Below are positions 17,776-27,979 of a DNA stretch of 64,000 bases, in pieces; the first letter of the stretch is position 1; each line of letters opens with the position of its first letter. Source of the stretch: a virus (Duplodnaviria > Caudoviricetes); IMG/VR virus record IMGVR_UViG_3300028603_000005, positions 27,662-91,661 of that record, one strand, 5' to 3'. The position numbers and the translations under genes are program-made. The notes below the pieces were generated by a model. The model was not told the DNA's origin. It saw only the letters and a list, made by a program, of their open reading frames with translations, and made no database searches.

Positions 17776-17961
17776 TTACCCACCCATAACTATATTAAAT
17801 AGTATTTTTAGAGCCTTTATTGTTTTAGATAGTCCATCATCTAAGTTTACTTTATAAAAGTAGGCTACTTTTTCTATACCTAAGTTTGAGTATTTCTCTG
17901 CCATAGCTTCTAAGATAGCAATATCTTTCTCAAACTCTTGTAGCTTTTGTTTTTTACTCAT
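17776..17961 (-). CDS. hypothetical protein
   Basis: Short coupled ORF. Confidence 0.5.
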   Translation of the reverse strand: MSKKQKLQEFEKDIAILEAMAEKYSNLGIEKVAYFYKVNLDDGLSKTIKALKILFNIVMGG

Positions 17962-18475
17962 CTTTCCCCAACTCCTTAAATACTAATTGCTTTGGTAATA
18001 GCCCATTACAGAACCAACTTGTATTAAACCAAGCACCAGCCTTACCTTTAGTAAAGTTTACTCTACCATCTAAGACTAATACTTCAATATTGTTTTCTCT
18101 AAATAGTTTACCTCTAGCCATTCCTTCTAAAGAAGTGATAGGTAATAGAAAGGCAAACTGTTTATTTAATTCATAAGCTCTTTTTAAGAACTTGTCTTTC
18201 AAACTGTATGGTGGATTAGTGATTATTATATCATACTCAAAGTCTGGAGTATCTTCTAAGAAGTCAAAGTCATCTTTATGTGAAGCTACTACTGTATAAC
18301 CTAACTCTCTTAATCTACTTGTTATTTGAGAAGCACCAAAGTCTGTGCACTCCCAAATTACTTTATCTTTAGGAATGAACTCTATTAAAGGCTCTATTGC
18401 ATAAGCTGGTGTATAAACTTCATCAAAGACACCACCTGCTTTTAATTTCATTAAAGGGCTTTGTTTTTTACTCAT
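17954..18475 (-). CDS. small DNA adenine methyltransferase
   Basis: DEVYTP, IWEC, IITNPPYS catalytic motif IV. Confidence 0.75.
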   Translation of the reverse strand: MSKKQSPLMKLKAGGVFDEVYTPAYAIEPLIEFIPKDKVIWECTDFGASQITSRLRELGYTVVASHKDDFDFLEDTPDFEYDIIITNPPYSLKDKFLKRAYELNKQFAFLLPITSLEGMARGKLFRENNIEVLVLDGRVNFTKGKAGAWFNTSWFCNGLLPKQLVFKELGKDE

Positions 18476-18904
18476 CTTTATCTACCTCTTTTATTAATAT
18501 TTTATTTGTGCCTTTAGTCATCTTTTCACCACTACTGTTTTAACTAAACTTTCGTTCCCACAAAACTTTTTACTTTATTATATAGGAAGTTTTTACCTAC
18601 GTCAACATAATGTGGGTAAATTATTCTTTATTTTTCTAAATCTTTCACTAGCTTTAACTTTTTTATTTCTTCAATTATTTCTTTTGACACTCTTGCACTT
18701 TCTTCTGCTATATCAGAGTCCCAATAATTTATTCATCGTTTTCTAACTCCTTTTGATTATCTATAGTATTGTATTCAGATGTTGTTGTTGTATTACTAGT
18801 TTCATAAATAGGTGCGTTTTCAACTACTCGTGATGTCCAACTATCCACTAAAATCAATTTACCATCAGGCGTTGGAACCCATTGGTATCTCCCAAATGTA
18901 AAGT

Positions 18905-19267
18905 TCATTTTGTTTCCTCCTCCAAACTTTCATAAAACTTACCAATCATTGTGGTTAGGGGTGGTGTAAGGTCATCAGTTCCCCAATATATTGTTCCATC
19001 TTCTTTTAACCAACATATAGGTCTTAACAGATAACCAAATACAAAACTTTTCTTATCTTTTAAGTATTGAATACCTGCATTATTATATCTTTTACTCAAT
19101 GCCTTACACACTTCATCTTCTGTCGGTATAGGTGTATCTCTTTCTACTAATTGTTCTAATACGTCTACATTTTCTTTAATTATTAGAAATCCTAATTCAC
19201 TACCATCCTCTTTAAGTTTTTCTAATAAGTATTCTTTAATGTTTTTTAATGCTTCTTTACTTGTCAT
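18905..19267 (-). CDS. hypothetical early protein (start re-placed at MTSKE)
   Basis: SD GGAGG before 19267; promoter at 19301-19329. Confidence 0.65.
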   Translation of the reverse strand: MTSKEALKNIKEYLLEKLKEDGSELGFLIIKENVDVLEQLVERDTPIPTEDEVCKALSKRYNNAGIQYLKDKKSFVFGYLLRPICWLKEDGTIYWGTDDLTPPLTTMIGKFYESLEEETK

Positions 19268-19300
19268 TTTCTTTCCTCCTAACACACACTGTGCATACTA

Positions 19301-19329
19301 ATAATATCACTTTTATTTTAGTTTGTCAA
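19301..19329 (-). promoter_or_regulatory. sigma70-type promoter TTGACA-17-TATTAT
   Basis: Consensus match. Confidence 0.7.
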
Positions 19330-20730
19330 CTATATTTTAATTAAGTCTTCTAAACTAATAGTTCCTTCATCAAAGTCTTCAGCAGTGATACTTTCTCCTG
19401 TAATAGATAAGCTACCTATTCTGTAATACTCCCCATAAAACTCTAACTGTAAAGGGTTGTCAGGGACTGAGCCATCACGAGCTTTAGGTATGTTTACTAA
19501 TAAAGTATTGCGTGTATCTAAATCTTTATATAAAGTAATCATAGTTTGACTAGCTCTTTCAATCTCATTCGCATCTGAAGCACAAGTGATATCATATCTA
19601 CCTTTATTTTTAGGTTTACTTGCTTCTGCGTAAGATTCTCTATTTATCTGAGATACCATAAAAATTGTAATCTTTTTACCTGTATCTAAAAAGTTCAAAC
19701 TTTGTTTTCTTAAATAAGATACCCAGTCGTTGAGAGTATCTGTTACACTATTGTATCGCTTACCACCAGCAGCAGTAAACTTCAGTAGTGCTAATTGGTC
19801 TAAGATAATTCCATCTAAACCTTCACCAGTTGTTTGCTTAAACAGTAAATCTGCTTTTCTAAAAGTATCACTCATATCTAAGAAGGTGTTATACTTGACA
19901 GAAGTTTCATCCCAAATGATTAGTCTATTATTTAGTTTTTGGAGTAAATCTTGGTAATTTTTATCATAAAGTTCTTGTAATGGTTTCGTTAGTTTATTAT
20001 CACGAACCCAGTTAGCATTTATTAAATCGTTTCTATTTCGTGCTATCTTTGCCGAATGATTTAAGACTAATCTATTAATTAAAGCTTCTGCTGTTGACTC
20101 TAAAGATATGTGTAACATATTCTTACCATCCAAAGCATTATCATAAGCTATCTGCATAGCTGCTGTTGATTTGCCACTCCCAGCAAAACCTAAAATAGTA
20201 ATTACATTTCCTGGCACAGCTTTACCTGCGTGTTGTTCAATCCGATAGTTTAGAACACTTAGTCCATCTTCTTTATTGTGTAGGGTGTTATATAAACTTC
20301 CTTCTACTAATAAGGCGTTCTTAGGTATCTCTGAACTACTCTCTAATAACTTGTTCTCTAAGATTGAGTTTACTTTAACTTTAAGTTCTTCTGGTGAAAG
20401 TAAATCAACATCTCCACTCAAAGTTAATAAATCCTTTTTAAGCTTGTTTTTAGATTGAGTTGATATTAAACTCACGATTGCTGAATCTATTGCTTCTTTC
20501 TCAATGATATTCTCAAACAACCCAGTGTCTGCGTAAGAATACTTTTGCTTAATGTAAGCTACAGAAGGAAGTTTATTTAATTGAATTCCTTCACGAATAT
20601 CTTTGATAATGTTTTTATCTACATCATTGAGTGTAAGTAGGCCTTCTAACTCTGTTATTTTGTTTTCGGCAAACTTAACATCTTCATAGTGTAAGATTGA
20701 GGTTAAAATATTGAATGTATTTGTGTTCAT
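19330..20730 (-). CDS. replicative DNA helicase, DnaB-like
   Basis: Walker A GFAGSGKS, ISLE, IILDQL, SQINRE, KARDG. Confidence 0.9.
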   Translation of the reverse strand: MNTNTFNILTSILHYEDVKFAENKITELEGLLTLNDVDKNIIKDIREGIQLNKLPSVAYIKQKYSYADTGLFENIIEKEAIDSAIVSLISTQSKNKLKKDLLTLSGDVDLLSPEELKVKVNSILENKLLESSSEIPKNALLVEGSLYNTLHNKEDGLSVLNYRIEQHAGKAVPGNVITILGFAGSGKSTAAMQIAYDNALDGKNMLHISLESTAEALINRLVLNHSAKIARNRNDLINANWVRDNKLTKPLQELYDKNYQDLLQKLNNRLIIWDETSVKYNTFLDMSDTFRKADLLFKQTTGEGLDGIILDQLALLKFTAAGGKRYNSVTDTLNDWVSYLRKQSLNFLDTGKKITIFMVSQINRESYAEASKPKNKGRYDITCASDANEIERASQTMITLYKDLDTRNTLLVNIPKARDGSVPDNPLQLEFYGEYYRIGSLSITGESITAEDFDEGTISLEDLIKI

Positions 20731-21299
20731 TAAATAAACCTCTCAGTTCTCGTTTTAGGCGTTTTTTTAGTTGAAGTTGAACCTTTAGTCATATCTAAAG
20801 TTAAATGATTACTGTCAAAGTAATTATTCAGTTTAATTGTAGTTCTGAGATAGTCTTTACTATCTAAAACATCAAAATAGATAATTGTATACTTTTGGTT
20901 ATTACTTCTCGTTTCTACTAAGTCTATCAATAGGCTTTCTAAATAGTCACTAGTATAGTCAAATTGAGATAAAGAGATGAATAATAAATCACTATAATAC
21001 ATTTGATTATATAATACTTTGTCTTTATCTGTGCTTTCTAAGAAGTGCTGATTGATAAAGTGTTGACCTGTACTTACGACATAGTCTAACACTCTGTTAT
21101 TACGCAACGAGTAATAAACTCCTAAAGTGTAGTAAATAGCGTTTCTGGAGTCAGAGCCATAAATTAATAATGAATCTTTTCCTGAAAGTTTACTACGCTT
21201 AATAAACTCTTCAACTTTAGAAACCTTACCAGCAAAGACTTCAGTTGAACCAACTATTAACTTTTCAAACTTATCTTTTAAAATAACTTTGTTTAACAT
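20730..21299 (-). CDS. putative degenerate DnaC/IstB-like helicase loader
   Basis: SLLIYG, DLLFI, L.DLVETR....KYTII resemble a DnaC AAA+ fold with degenerate Walker motifs; coupled to dnaB. Confidence 0.5.
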   Translation of the reverse strand: MLNKVILKDKFEKLIVGSTEVFAGKVSKVEEFIKRSKLSGKDSLLIYGSDSRNAIYYTLGVYYSLRNNRVLDYVVSTGQHFINQHFLESTDKDKVLYNQMYYSDLLFISLSQFDYTSDYLESLLIDLVETRSNNQKYTIIYFDVLDSKDYLRTTIKLNNYFDSNHLTLDMTKGSTSTKKTPKTRTERFI

Positions 21300-21569
21300 T
21301 TGCTCTCCTTATTTATTCTACTTTATTTATCCTCTATAATATTAATGTATATTATTAATAATACTCTCTTTATAATTATTAAAAAGAAAAGAGAGAAAGA
21401 GAAATAATAAAGTAGAATAACAAATAGTTTTATTCTACCTTACTATTTATCTATAGTGGTTGTATCTATTGTTTTATATTGTGTTGTTATTGTATCTGTT
21501 ATAGTTATAACTGCTACTGTAATGTTTGTAATACTTTGTGTTGTTTTTGTTTGGTATTAGTTTTTGGTA

Positions 21570-21770
21570 CGCTATTAGCGAACTGACATATTTAAGAAAT
21601 CAACTTATGCTACAAGGCTTACTCCTCGCAATCCGTTATCTACCTTTAACGAACCCGTCAGGTGCTCAATAGTTTAATATCATGATTCCCGAGTCTATCT
21701 ACGGATGACTTACTCTAACACTTCTCAGTCGTGCCATGTTAGAGGGTAGTATCTCAACTACTCACTTCTG
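21570..21770 (-). ncRNA. candidate structured RNA between recA and the helicase loader
   Basis: GC-richer island with consecutive stems at 21746-21761, 21713-21744, 21631-21706 and 21611-21630; G-U pairs work on the minus strand. Confidence 0.5.
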
Positions 21771-21797
21771 AATTAACTTTAAGTTTATAACCTGTGT

Positions 21798-22910
21798 TTA
21801 ATCTTCACCTAAGATTGAAGCAGTCTCAGAGTCTGCTCTAGTTAAGAAGCCACCATTGTTATCTACGAATTCAATAATCTCATCCCAATGTTCTTCAATT
21901 AACTTCCAAGTTCCAGCTTGTCCTCTATCTTTATATTCACCACTAGGTAATTTAAGGTTTGGCCATGCTCCTGATTTAAGAACTGTTCTAATTTCACCAG
22001 TTGTTTCATCAACGAGTTCAAAGTTCTCTAACCATTCTCTGTAAGCCCATTTATTAGATACACCTTTACCGAAGTAGATAAAAGCATCTACTGCTCTGAA
22101 AGGAAAACCTAATCTATTCTTTAAAGTTGTCATTTGGACTTTAGCACCGATTGCTTCTGCTTTAGGTATTTTCTTACCATCTTTAGTAAGTGTATCACCT
22201 TCACCAACATAATCTCTTCTCATAAGCCAAATTTCTATTGTAGCAACGTGTTTAGCAGCTCTACCACCTGTAGGCTTAACGATTGCATGGAAGCCACTCA
22301 AATCTGTTCTTGCTTGGTGAATAACAACTAGTGTTGCTTCACTTCTTTTTACTACTGAGTTTATTCTAGGGAAGTTTACTGACCACATTCTTGCTGAAGC
22401 TCCTACAGGGTTTTTAGAAGAACCTAAATCATCTTCAGCGATTGCAGACTCATCCACAACGTTTGAATCAGAGTCAATTACAATCAAGGCAACATCAAGG
22501 TCGCTCGTAGCTGCTTTAATTATAGTAGCTACTTCTTGGATTGACTCTACATCTAATAAATAGAATAAACCATCTTCATTCTCTTCTGTGTGTAAGTGTT
22601 CTATTACTCCGATACTTTGTAACATATCGTAAGTAACACCACCTTCAATATCTAAGTAAATTACTTTCTTACCATATCTTTCAATGATATCTTTTCCAGC
22701 GTGAAGCATCATAGTAGTTTTACCAGTCCCTTCTTCACCACCGAGAGCTACTATCTTAGATTTTGGTAACCCACCTTCAGTAAGAACATCTAAAGCTTTA
22801 ATACCTGTTTCCCAACGAGGTGTTCTAACTGAACCATCTTCTTGAACTTCAGGTTTAGATAACCTGTACTTATTTACTAGCTTATCTAAAGCACTTTGTT
22901 TTTTTGACAT
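21798..22910 (-). CDS. recA: RecA/UvsX-like recombinase
   Basis: TGIKALD.LT.GGLP, GEEGTGKT, YLDIEG, VIDS, HQAR, TGGRA, KNR. Confidence 0.9.
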   Translation of the reverse strand: MSKKQSALDKLVNKYRLSKPEVQEDGSVRTPRWETGIKALDVLTEGGLPKSKIVALGGEEGTGKTTMMLHAGKDIIERYGKKVIYLDIEGGVTYDMLQSIGVIEHLHTEENEDGLFYLLDVESIQEVATIIKAATSDLDVALIVIDSDSNVVDESAIAEDDLGSSKNPVGASARMWSVNFPRINSVVKRSEATLVVIHQARTDLSGFHAIVKPTGGRAAKHVATIEIWLMRRDYVGEGDTLTKDGKKIPKAEAIGAKVQMTTLKNRLGFPFRAVDAFIYFGKGVSNKWAYREWLENFELVDETTGEIRTVLKSGAWPNLKLPSGEYKDRGQAGTWKLIEEHWDEIIEFVDNNGGFLTRADSETASILGED

Positions 22911-22989
22911 TTAATAATCACATCTCCTTTGTGTTATTTTAATAAGGTAAGACACACTAAAAAATTAAGTGTGCATTATCTTTCATATA

Positions 22990-23017
22990 CTATAGTGTAA
23001 TAAAGTTGTTTTTATAT
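22990..23017 (-). promoter_or_regulatory. phage promoter motif ATATAAA-N12-ACACTATAG (before recA)
   Basis: Exact consensus. Confidence 0.8.
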
Positions 23018-23018
23018 T

Positions 23019-23660
23019 TTAATACTCATGCTCTGTAAGTTTACCATTCTTATGTCTTACATATTTTGATACTGTGTTTCTATAGTTAATTACAAAGCCT
23101 TCTACGTCTCTCTTTACTATGCCTATATACTTTGTGTATAAATTATTGAGTTCTTCTACTGAAGGAACTTTATCTAAGACAGCTACAGTAGGGACAGTAC
23201 CTAAGTAGTCAGGAATTTCTTGGTTAGAGAAAGGGTACTTAAATAGTTCATGTGTATACAACAAGTTTTTAATTGCATAGTTATTACTATCATCTAAATA
23301 AATGTTAGCTTTAGCAAATACATAAACTCTTTTTGGAAAGTTATTTTGATACTTAATTTTACCCATACCAATCCACTCACCAAAGAAGCCTGAGCCTTCG
23401 TGTAAGTTTTCTAACAAATCTTTGCCGTGTTCTTCTAAAAATGGAGCTAGTCCCTTATAACCCGTGTTTTTAAGTATATCTTTGTGTTCTACTTCTGGTG
23501 ACCATACTAAAATGTTATTTCTTTGTGCAATAATAAGTTTATCATTTAATTTGAAAAAGCCGATGTTAGAACCATCTAACTTTTCAGTAATATGAACTAC
23601 TGCTTGTTCATCTTTAATTCTTTCTGTTTTTGGATATAATGTCTTTTTAATTACTTCCAT
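23019..23660 (-). CDS. RNA ligase (Rnl2-like nucleotidyltransferase domain)
   Basis: YPKT.R, TEKLDGSN (motif I), FGEW, EGFV. Confidence 0.8.
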   Translation of the reverse strand: MEVIKKTLYPKTERIKDEQAVVHITEKLDGSNIGFFKLNDKLIIAQRNNILVWSPEVEHKDILKNTGYKGLAPFLEEHGKDLLENLHEGSGFFGEWIGMGKIKYQNNFPKRVYVFAKANIYLDDSNNYAIKNLLYTHELFKYPFSNQEIPDYLGTVPTVAVLDKVPSVEELNNLYTKYIGIVKRDVEGFVINYRNTVSKYVRHKNGKLTEHEY

Positions 23661-23672
23661 GTTTGTTCTCCT

Positions 23673-24098
23673 TTAATTTGAAAGTTTAACAATCTCAGCT
23701 TTGTTAATCTTAGTTAAATCTACATCAAATACTTGAAGTCTTTTAAGAGCTTCTTTATAGTACTCTTTAAGTTTAGTTTTAATCCTTAAGTTGTTGTTAT
23801 TATGTTTTAAGATATCGTGTAGAATTAAACTAGCCATAAAGCTTTCTACATAAGTGGTTCTATACCAAACATACTTAGCTCCTGAACCAATCTTTTTCTC
23901 TACTGATTCATCGGTCATAATAAGTAACTCTGTATATGGGTAGAGTTCTTGAACATAAAATAATGCTACATATTCAACAATGTCATTAATCTCTTCTTTA
24001 TAAGGATTATGTAAGACTATGTTTTCTTTTTCTTTTTGTAATAAGATTCTAATTCTTGTATGTAATTGAATAAATCTTGTTTCTTCTCTTGTTTCCAT
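23673..24098 (-). CDS. hypothetical protein
   Basis: ORF. Confidence 0.65.
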   Translation of the reverse strand: METREETRFIQLHTRIRILLQKEKENIVLHNPYKEEINDIVEYVALFYVQELYPYTELLIMTDESVEKKIGSGAKYVWYRTTYVESFMASLILHDILKHNNNNLRIKTKLKEYYKEALKRLQVFDVDLTKINKAEIVKLSN

Positions 24099-24099
24099 T

Positions 24100-24366
24100 T
24101 TATCTATCCCCTAAAATCTTTTCTAAAGTTAAAGCCAGTTCTGGAGTTATTGGTAAACCACTAACTCTTTGAATGACTATACATTCACTACCTATTGATA
24201 TCTCTAAGATATCACTGTTGCTTGATTTAATAAATAATAAATCTGTTGTTGCTTTGTCGTAGTCAAAATAAACTTTGTCTATGACTTGATTATCTACAAT
24301 TAGTTTATAATACTTTTTCATAGTGTTTCTAACATCTCCTTTATGCTTATAGCAATTTTTCACCAA
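24100..24366 (-). CDS. hypothetical protein (probable start at MKKYY)
   Basis: ORF. Confidence 0.55.
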   Translation of the reverse strand: MVKNCYKHKGDVRNTMKKYYKLIVDNQVIDKVYFDYDKATTDLLFIKSSNSDILEISIGSECIVIQRVSGLPITPELALTLEKILGDR

Positions 24367-25570
24367 GTTCTCCTATTATAATATGTTGACTTTCAAAAAT
24401 GTTTTTAAGTAGATATTTTAACACATCTACTACTATACTATTACCAGCTTGTTTATATCTTTGTGAATCAGATATACCTGCTTGTTCTACTTTGTTATGG
24501 TCTTCATCATCAAATCCCATAAGCCTCCAACACTCTAAGGGTGTTAGCTTCCTTAACCTTAGTTGATTACTCTCTATAACATAATTGTCTTTAGGCACTG
24601 TCGTAAGTGTGTTAGATACTCCTTTAAGGTTAGGTTCCATCACTTGTGTTAATTTAATACCTTCAGTTCTATCACTTAAGTTATCTAAATTTCTTCCCCT
24701 AGAAGCTCCTATGATTGAACCGTATTCTTCTAACTGTTTATAAAACTCTTCTTTATCTTTAATAATTAAAGGAGTTGATTCTAATATATAGTTATCTGTG
24801 GGTCTGTTACCTGTATTCGTAGTTATGGTATAAGCTACTCTACTTCCATCTATGTGTGGTGAAAATCTTTTAGCTCTATCATACTTAGCTTTAGATTCTT
24901 CACTTTGATTAATTCCTGTAAGATATTCTACCATTCGTTTACTTGAGTAATACTTTTCATCTACTTCTGCCTCTAAGTAATCCTTAATTCTTTTTTCTAA
25001 TTTGAATGGTTCTGGCCACTCAAATAAACCTGTGTCAATGTCTTTCCTGATTGACACTATAAACACCCTTTCTCTGTTTTGTGCTACTCCATAATCTTTG
25101 GCATTTAAAACCTTCCAGTAGTTATTATAACCTATAAAGTCTAGCTCATCTAAGATTGCTTTAAACTCTCCTTCAAACTTTTTACCAACAAGCCCTTTTA
25201 CATTCTCTGCTATAGCTATCTTTGGCTTTACTTTATCTACTACTTTTAAAGCATCCCAAACAAGTCCTGACCTTGTTTTGTTTCCTTGTTCATCTGTTAA
25301 GCCTCTTTGATAACCAGCTACTGATATATCTTGACAGGGAAAGCCATAAGTTAATAAAGTTATATCTTCTGAAGTATTTACTTTGTCTATATTTTCTACA
25401 CTACCTATATTAAGGCTTTCATCTACGTTATGTAAAACTGAATAAGCTTTACTTGCAAATCTATCTATTTCTGAATAAAGTTCTATTTTGTGTTCTATAC
25501 CTAATCTTGTTAGTGCTGTTTCAAAAGCACCTACTCCACTAAATAAACTTACTATATTTATTTTATTCAT
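24347..25570 (-). CDS. DNA (cytosine-5)-methyltransferase
   Basis: SLFSGVG, GFPCQ, ENVKG, QNRERVF, YKQAGNS. Confidence 0.95.
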   Translation of the reverse strand: MNKINIVSLFSGVGAFETALTRLGIEHKIELYSEIDRFASKAYSVLHNVDESLNIGSVENIDKVNTSEDITLLTYGFPCQDISVAGYQRGLTDEQGNKTRSGLVWDALKVVDKVKPKIAIAENVKGLVGKKFEGEFKAILDELDFIGYNNYWKVLNAKDYGVAQNRERVFIVSIRKDIDTGLFEWPEPFKLEKRIKDYLEAEVDEKYYSSKRMVEYLTGINQSEESKAKYDRAKRFSPHIDGSRVAYTITTNTGNRPTDNYILESTPLIIKDKEEFYKQLEEYGSIIGASRGRNLDNLSDRTEGIKLTQVMEPNLKGVSNTLTTVPKDNYVIESNQLRLRKLTPLECWRLMGFDDEDHNKVEQAGISDSQRYKQAGNSIVVDVLKYLLKNIFESQHIIIGELGEKLL

Positions 25571-25881
25571 TATCTACCTCTCTTTTGCTTTATAATTTTA
25601 TATGTTGGGTGGTCATACTCTTTTGAACTAAATCCTATTGATTTGATATACCCATGAAATACAAACTTAGGATTGTCTTTTAGGCTTTCTCTTCTGATTG
25701 CTTCCATACAAGTTTTAACTATGTCTTTCGGATGAGTAGCAAATCTTTTAGGTTGCTTCTCTTTTAAGTATTTATCATATGCTTCAACTAATAAGTCATG
25801 GTCACTCAACCACGCAAGTGTTCTGTTAGTTAATAAAAACTCTTCATAGATATAATCAATTAGGTGTTTAGTTTTACTCAT
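25570..25881 (-). CDS. hypothetical protein
   Basis: Coupled ORF. Confidence 0.6.
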   Translation of the reverse strand: MSKTKHLIDYIYEEFLLTNRTLAWLSDHDLLVEAYDKYLKEKQPKRFATHPKDIVKTCMEAIRRESLKDNPKFVFHGYIKSIGFSSKEYDHPTYKIIKQKRGR

Positions 25882-26540
25882 AAGCTTTCTAACCTCTCCT
25901 TAGCAATATCATAATATTGTTTTTGTAATTCTACTCCAAAGAACTTTCTACCTAACTTCTTAGCAACTATTCCTGTTGAGCCACTACCGAATAAAGGGTC
26001 TACTACTAAGTCTCCTTCTACTGTATTAGTCTCAATAATCTCAGCTAATAGTTTATGGTTCTTTTCAGTTGGGTGATACTTACTACTTCCAGTCGGTGCT
26101 ATGATATAGTTTTTAGACATAGGGACATTTAACTTACCAGTGCCACGCTTTTTAAACCAGACAGCGTTCTCTGTGCTTGACATTAAAATATACTGTGCGT
26201 TCATAGGACTTGGATTAGACTTAGCCCAAATCAGTTGTCTAACTGTTCCTTTACCTTCTTTTTGCTTCTGAGCGAAGTAAGCGTAAATCTCTGAGTATTG
26301 TTCATTACCACAAAAGATAACAAAGGTGTCAGCTTTGTTATAGATTGCGTTTAAGAAGTCTTGGAGTTCAAATGTGATATCATCTGCATGACTTTTATCT
26401 AATACTCTAAGACCTTGTGATTCTCTGCTAACTTCACCATAAGGCACATCTGTTAAAATTAGTTTAGCGTAAGGTAATTCTACGTTAAACATGTTGTCAT
26501 TAATTAAAGTTATTTCTTGTTTCAAAAATAATGCACCCAA
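25878..26540 (-). CDS. DNA N4-cytosine/N6-adenine methyltransferase (beta class)
   Basis: TDVPYG, HPTEK, DPLFGSGST, GVEL...YY. Confidence 0.9.
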   Translation of the reverse strand: MGALFLKQEITLINDNMFNVELPYAKLILTDVPYGEVSRESQGLRVLDKSHADDITFELQDFLNAIYNKADTFVIFCGNEQYSEIYAYFAQKQKEGKGTVRQLIWAKSNPSPMNAQYILMSSTENAVWFKKRGTGKLNVPMSKNYIIAPTGSSKYHPTEKNHKLLAEIIETNTVEGDLVVDPLFGSGSTGIVAKKLGRKFFGVELQKQYYDIAKERLESL

Positions 26541-26707
26541 CCTTTCCAGTCTATACTAATATATTGAACTGTACCTAACTGTAGGCTATTAACATACTTT
26601 ACTTTTCTAAAAGCTTTTCTTTTTGCTTGTCTGAAAGTGAACGCTTTATACTCTAAAGAAATTATTGGTGAAGTATTAGTATAATAAGTTATCTGATATC
26701 TTCTCAT
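26522..26707 (-). CDS. hypothetical protein
   Basis: Short ORF with SD GGAGG. Confidence 0.5.
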   Translation of the reverse strand: MRRYQITYYTNTSPIISLEYKAFTFRQAKRKAFRKVKYVNSLQLGTVQYISIDWKGWVHYF

Positions 26708-26718
26708 GTTGTTCCTCC

Positions 26719-27756
26719 CTACTCTACAAAGTGTCCAAACTTTGCTTTATCTTCATATTTGACTTCTAATAACTTTAAGTCGTTAATAATATTCTTAGGC
26801 TTACATTCTTCATATAAACCTTTGTCAGGCTCTATATAACCTTTATCACTAAAGATATAGATTGCCATAGGTTGTTCTACACCGATAGCATAAGATAGTT
26901 GAACTTCGCACCACTTTAAGTCGTGTCTCTTTAAGTATCTAACTGCTATCTCTCTTGCTTTATAGGCTCCACTTAAATCTACTTTTGATGGGTCTTTACC
27001 GTTAAGAGAACCACCACCTACATTAGCAAACCCTTGGTAAGCGTCTACTACAATCTTTCTACCAGTAAGTCCAGCGTCTCCCTCAAAGCCACCTACTAAA
27101 AACTTACCTGTAGGGTTGATTAAGATTTTCTTGGCTTTAAGTCCGTGGTTATTTAAAATACCAGTAATACCTAATGTAATGATTTCATCTGTTCTTTCTC
27201 TATCTTCTTCATCGTTGTTATAACTAACTAAGAATGTTTCAACAGATATTAAGTTAAAGTCAGAATCATATCTACCAGTGATTTGAGCTTTGCCATCTGG
27301 TTTGAAATTTGCAACGGTTTTTCTTATTACGTCATACCACATTGCAAACTCTTGAAGGATTACTTGGGCTTTAGGTAAATGTTGTGGTGTATCATTACAC
27401 GCATAACCGAACATCATTCCTTGGTCACCAGCTCCACCTGTATCTACTCCTTGAGCAATATCTAAGCTTTGCTTTCCAATGTTATCTATAATTTGATACT
27501 CTGTAGTATAGCCTATATCATCTAATACTCTTTTGGTGATATAGTTAATATCAACTTGTGCGTTAGAAGTAACTTCTCCTGTGATAAAGATAACACCTTT
27601 ACCACCAACTACTTCAACACCTACTCTACTGTTCTTATCTTTACTTAAGTAAGCATCCAATATTGCATTGCTAATTTGGTCACAAACCTTATCAGGGTGT
27701 CCTCTAAACACAATCTCATTACTGAATAATCTATTCTCCATCTTTAACTCCTTCAT
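26719..27756 (-). CDS. metK: S-adenosylmethionine synthetase
   Basis: GHPDKVCDQIS, GAGDQGMMFGYA, DGKAQ, GG..GDAGLTGRK, GKDPSKVD.S. Confidence 0.95.
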   Translation of the reverse strand: MKELKMENRLFSNEIVFRGHPDKVCDQISNAILDAYLSKDKNSRVGVEVVGGKGVIFITGEVTSNAQVDINYITKRVLDDIGYTTEYQIIDNIGKQSLDIAQGVDTGGAGDQGMMFGYACNDTPQHLPKAQVILQEFAMWYDVIRKTVANFKPDGKAQITGRYDSDFNLISVETFLVSYNNDEEDRERTDEIITLGITGILNNHGLKAKKILINPTGKFLVGGFEGDAGLTGRKIVVDAYQGFANVGGGSLNGKDPSKVDLSGAYKAREIAVRYLKRHDLKWCEVQLSYAIGVEQPMAIYIFSDKGYIEPDKGLYEECKPKNIINDLKLLEVKYEDKAKFGHFVE

Positions 27757-27979
27757 CTACAGAGATTACATAAAACTTATTATGACCTTCTGCAGAGATA
27801 CTTTTAATCTTTTTATCTTTAATTAACGCTTTTGCTAATTCTTCTAAACTACGGTATGCTTTATAGACTACTAATTTATCTTTACTATTGCCATAAGCTA
27901 TTGCATATTTTTTAACTACTTGTTCCACCTTTCTATTACCTCCAACATATCTCCTTTTATTTCTCTTGCGATACTCCAA
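27731..27979 (-). CDS. hypothetical protein (true start probably internal)
   Basis: ORF. Confidence 0.45.
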   Translation of the reverse strand: MEYRKRNKRRYVGGNRKVEQVVKKYAIAYGNSKDKLVVYKAYRSLEELAKALIKDKKIKSISAEGHNKFYVISVDEGVKDGE

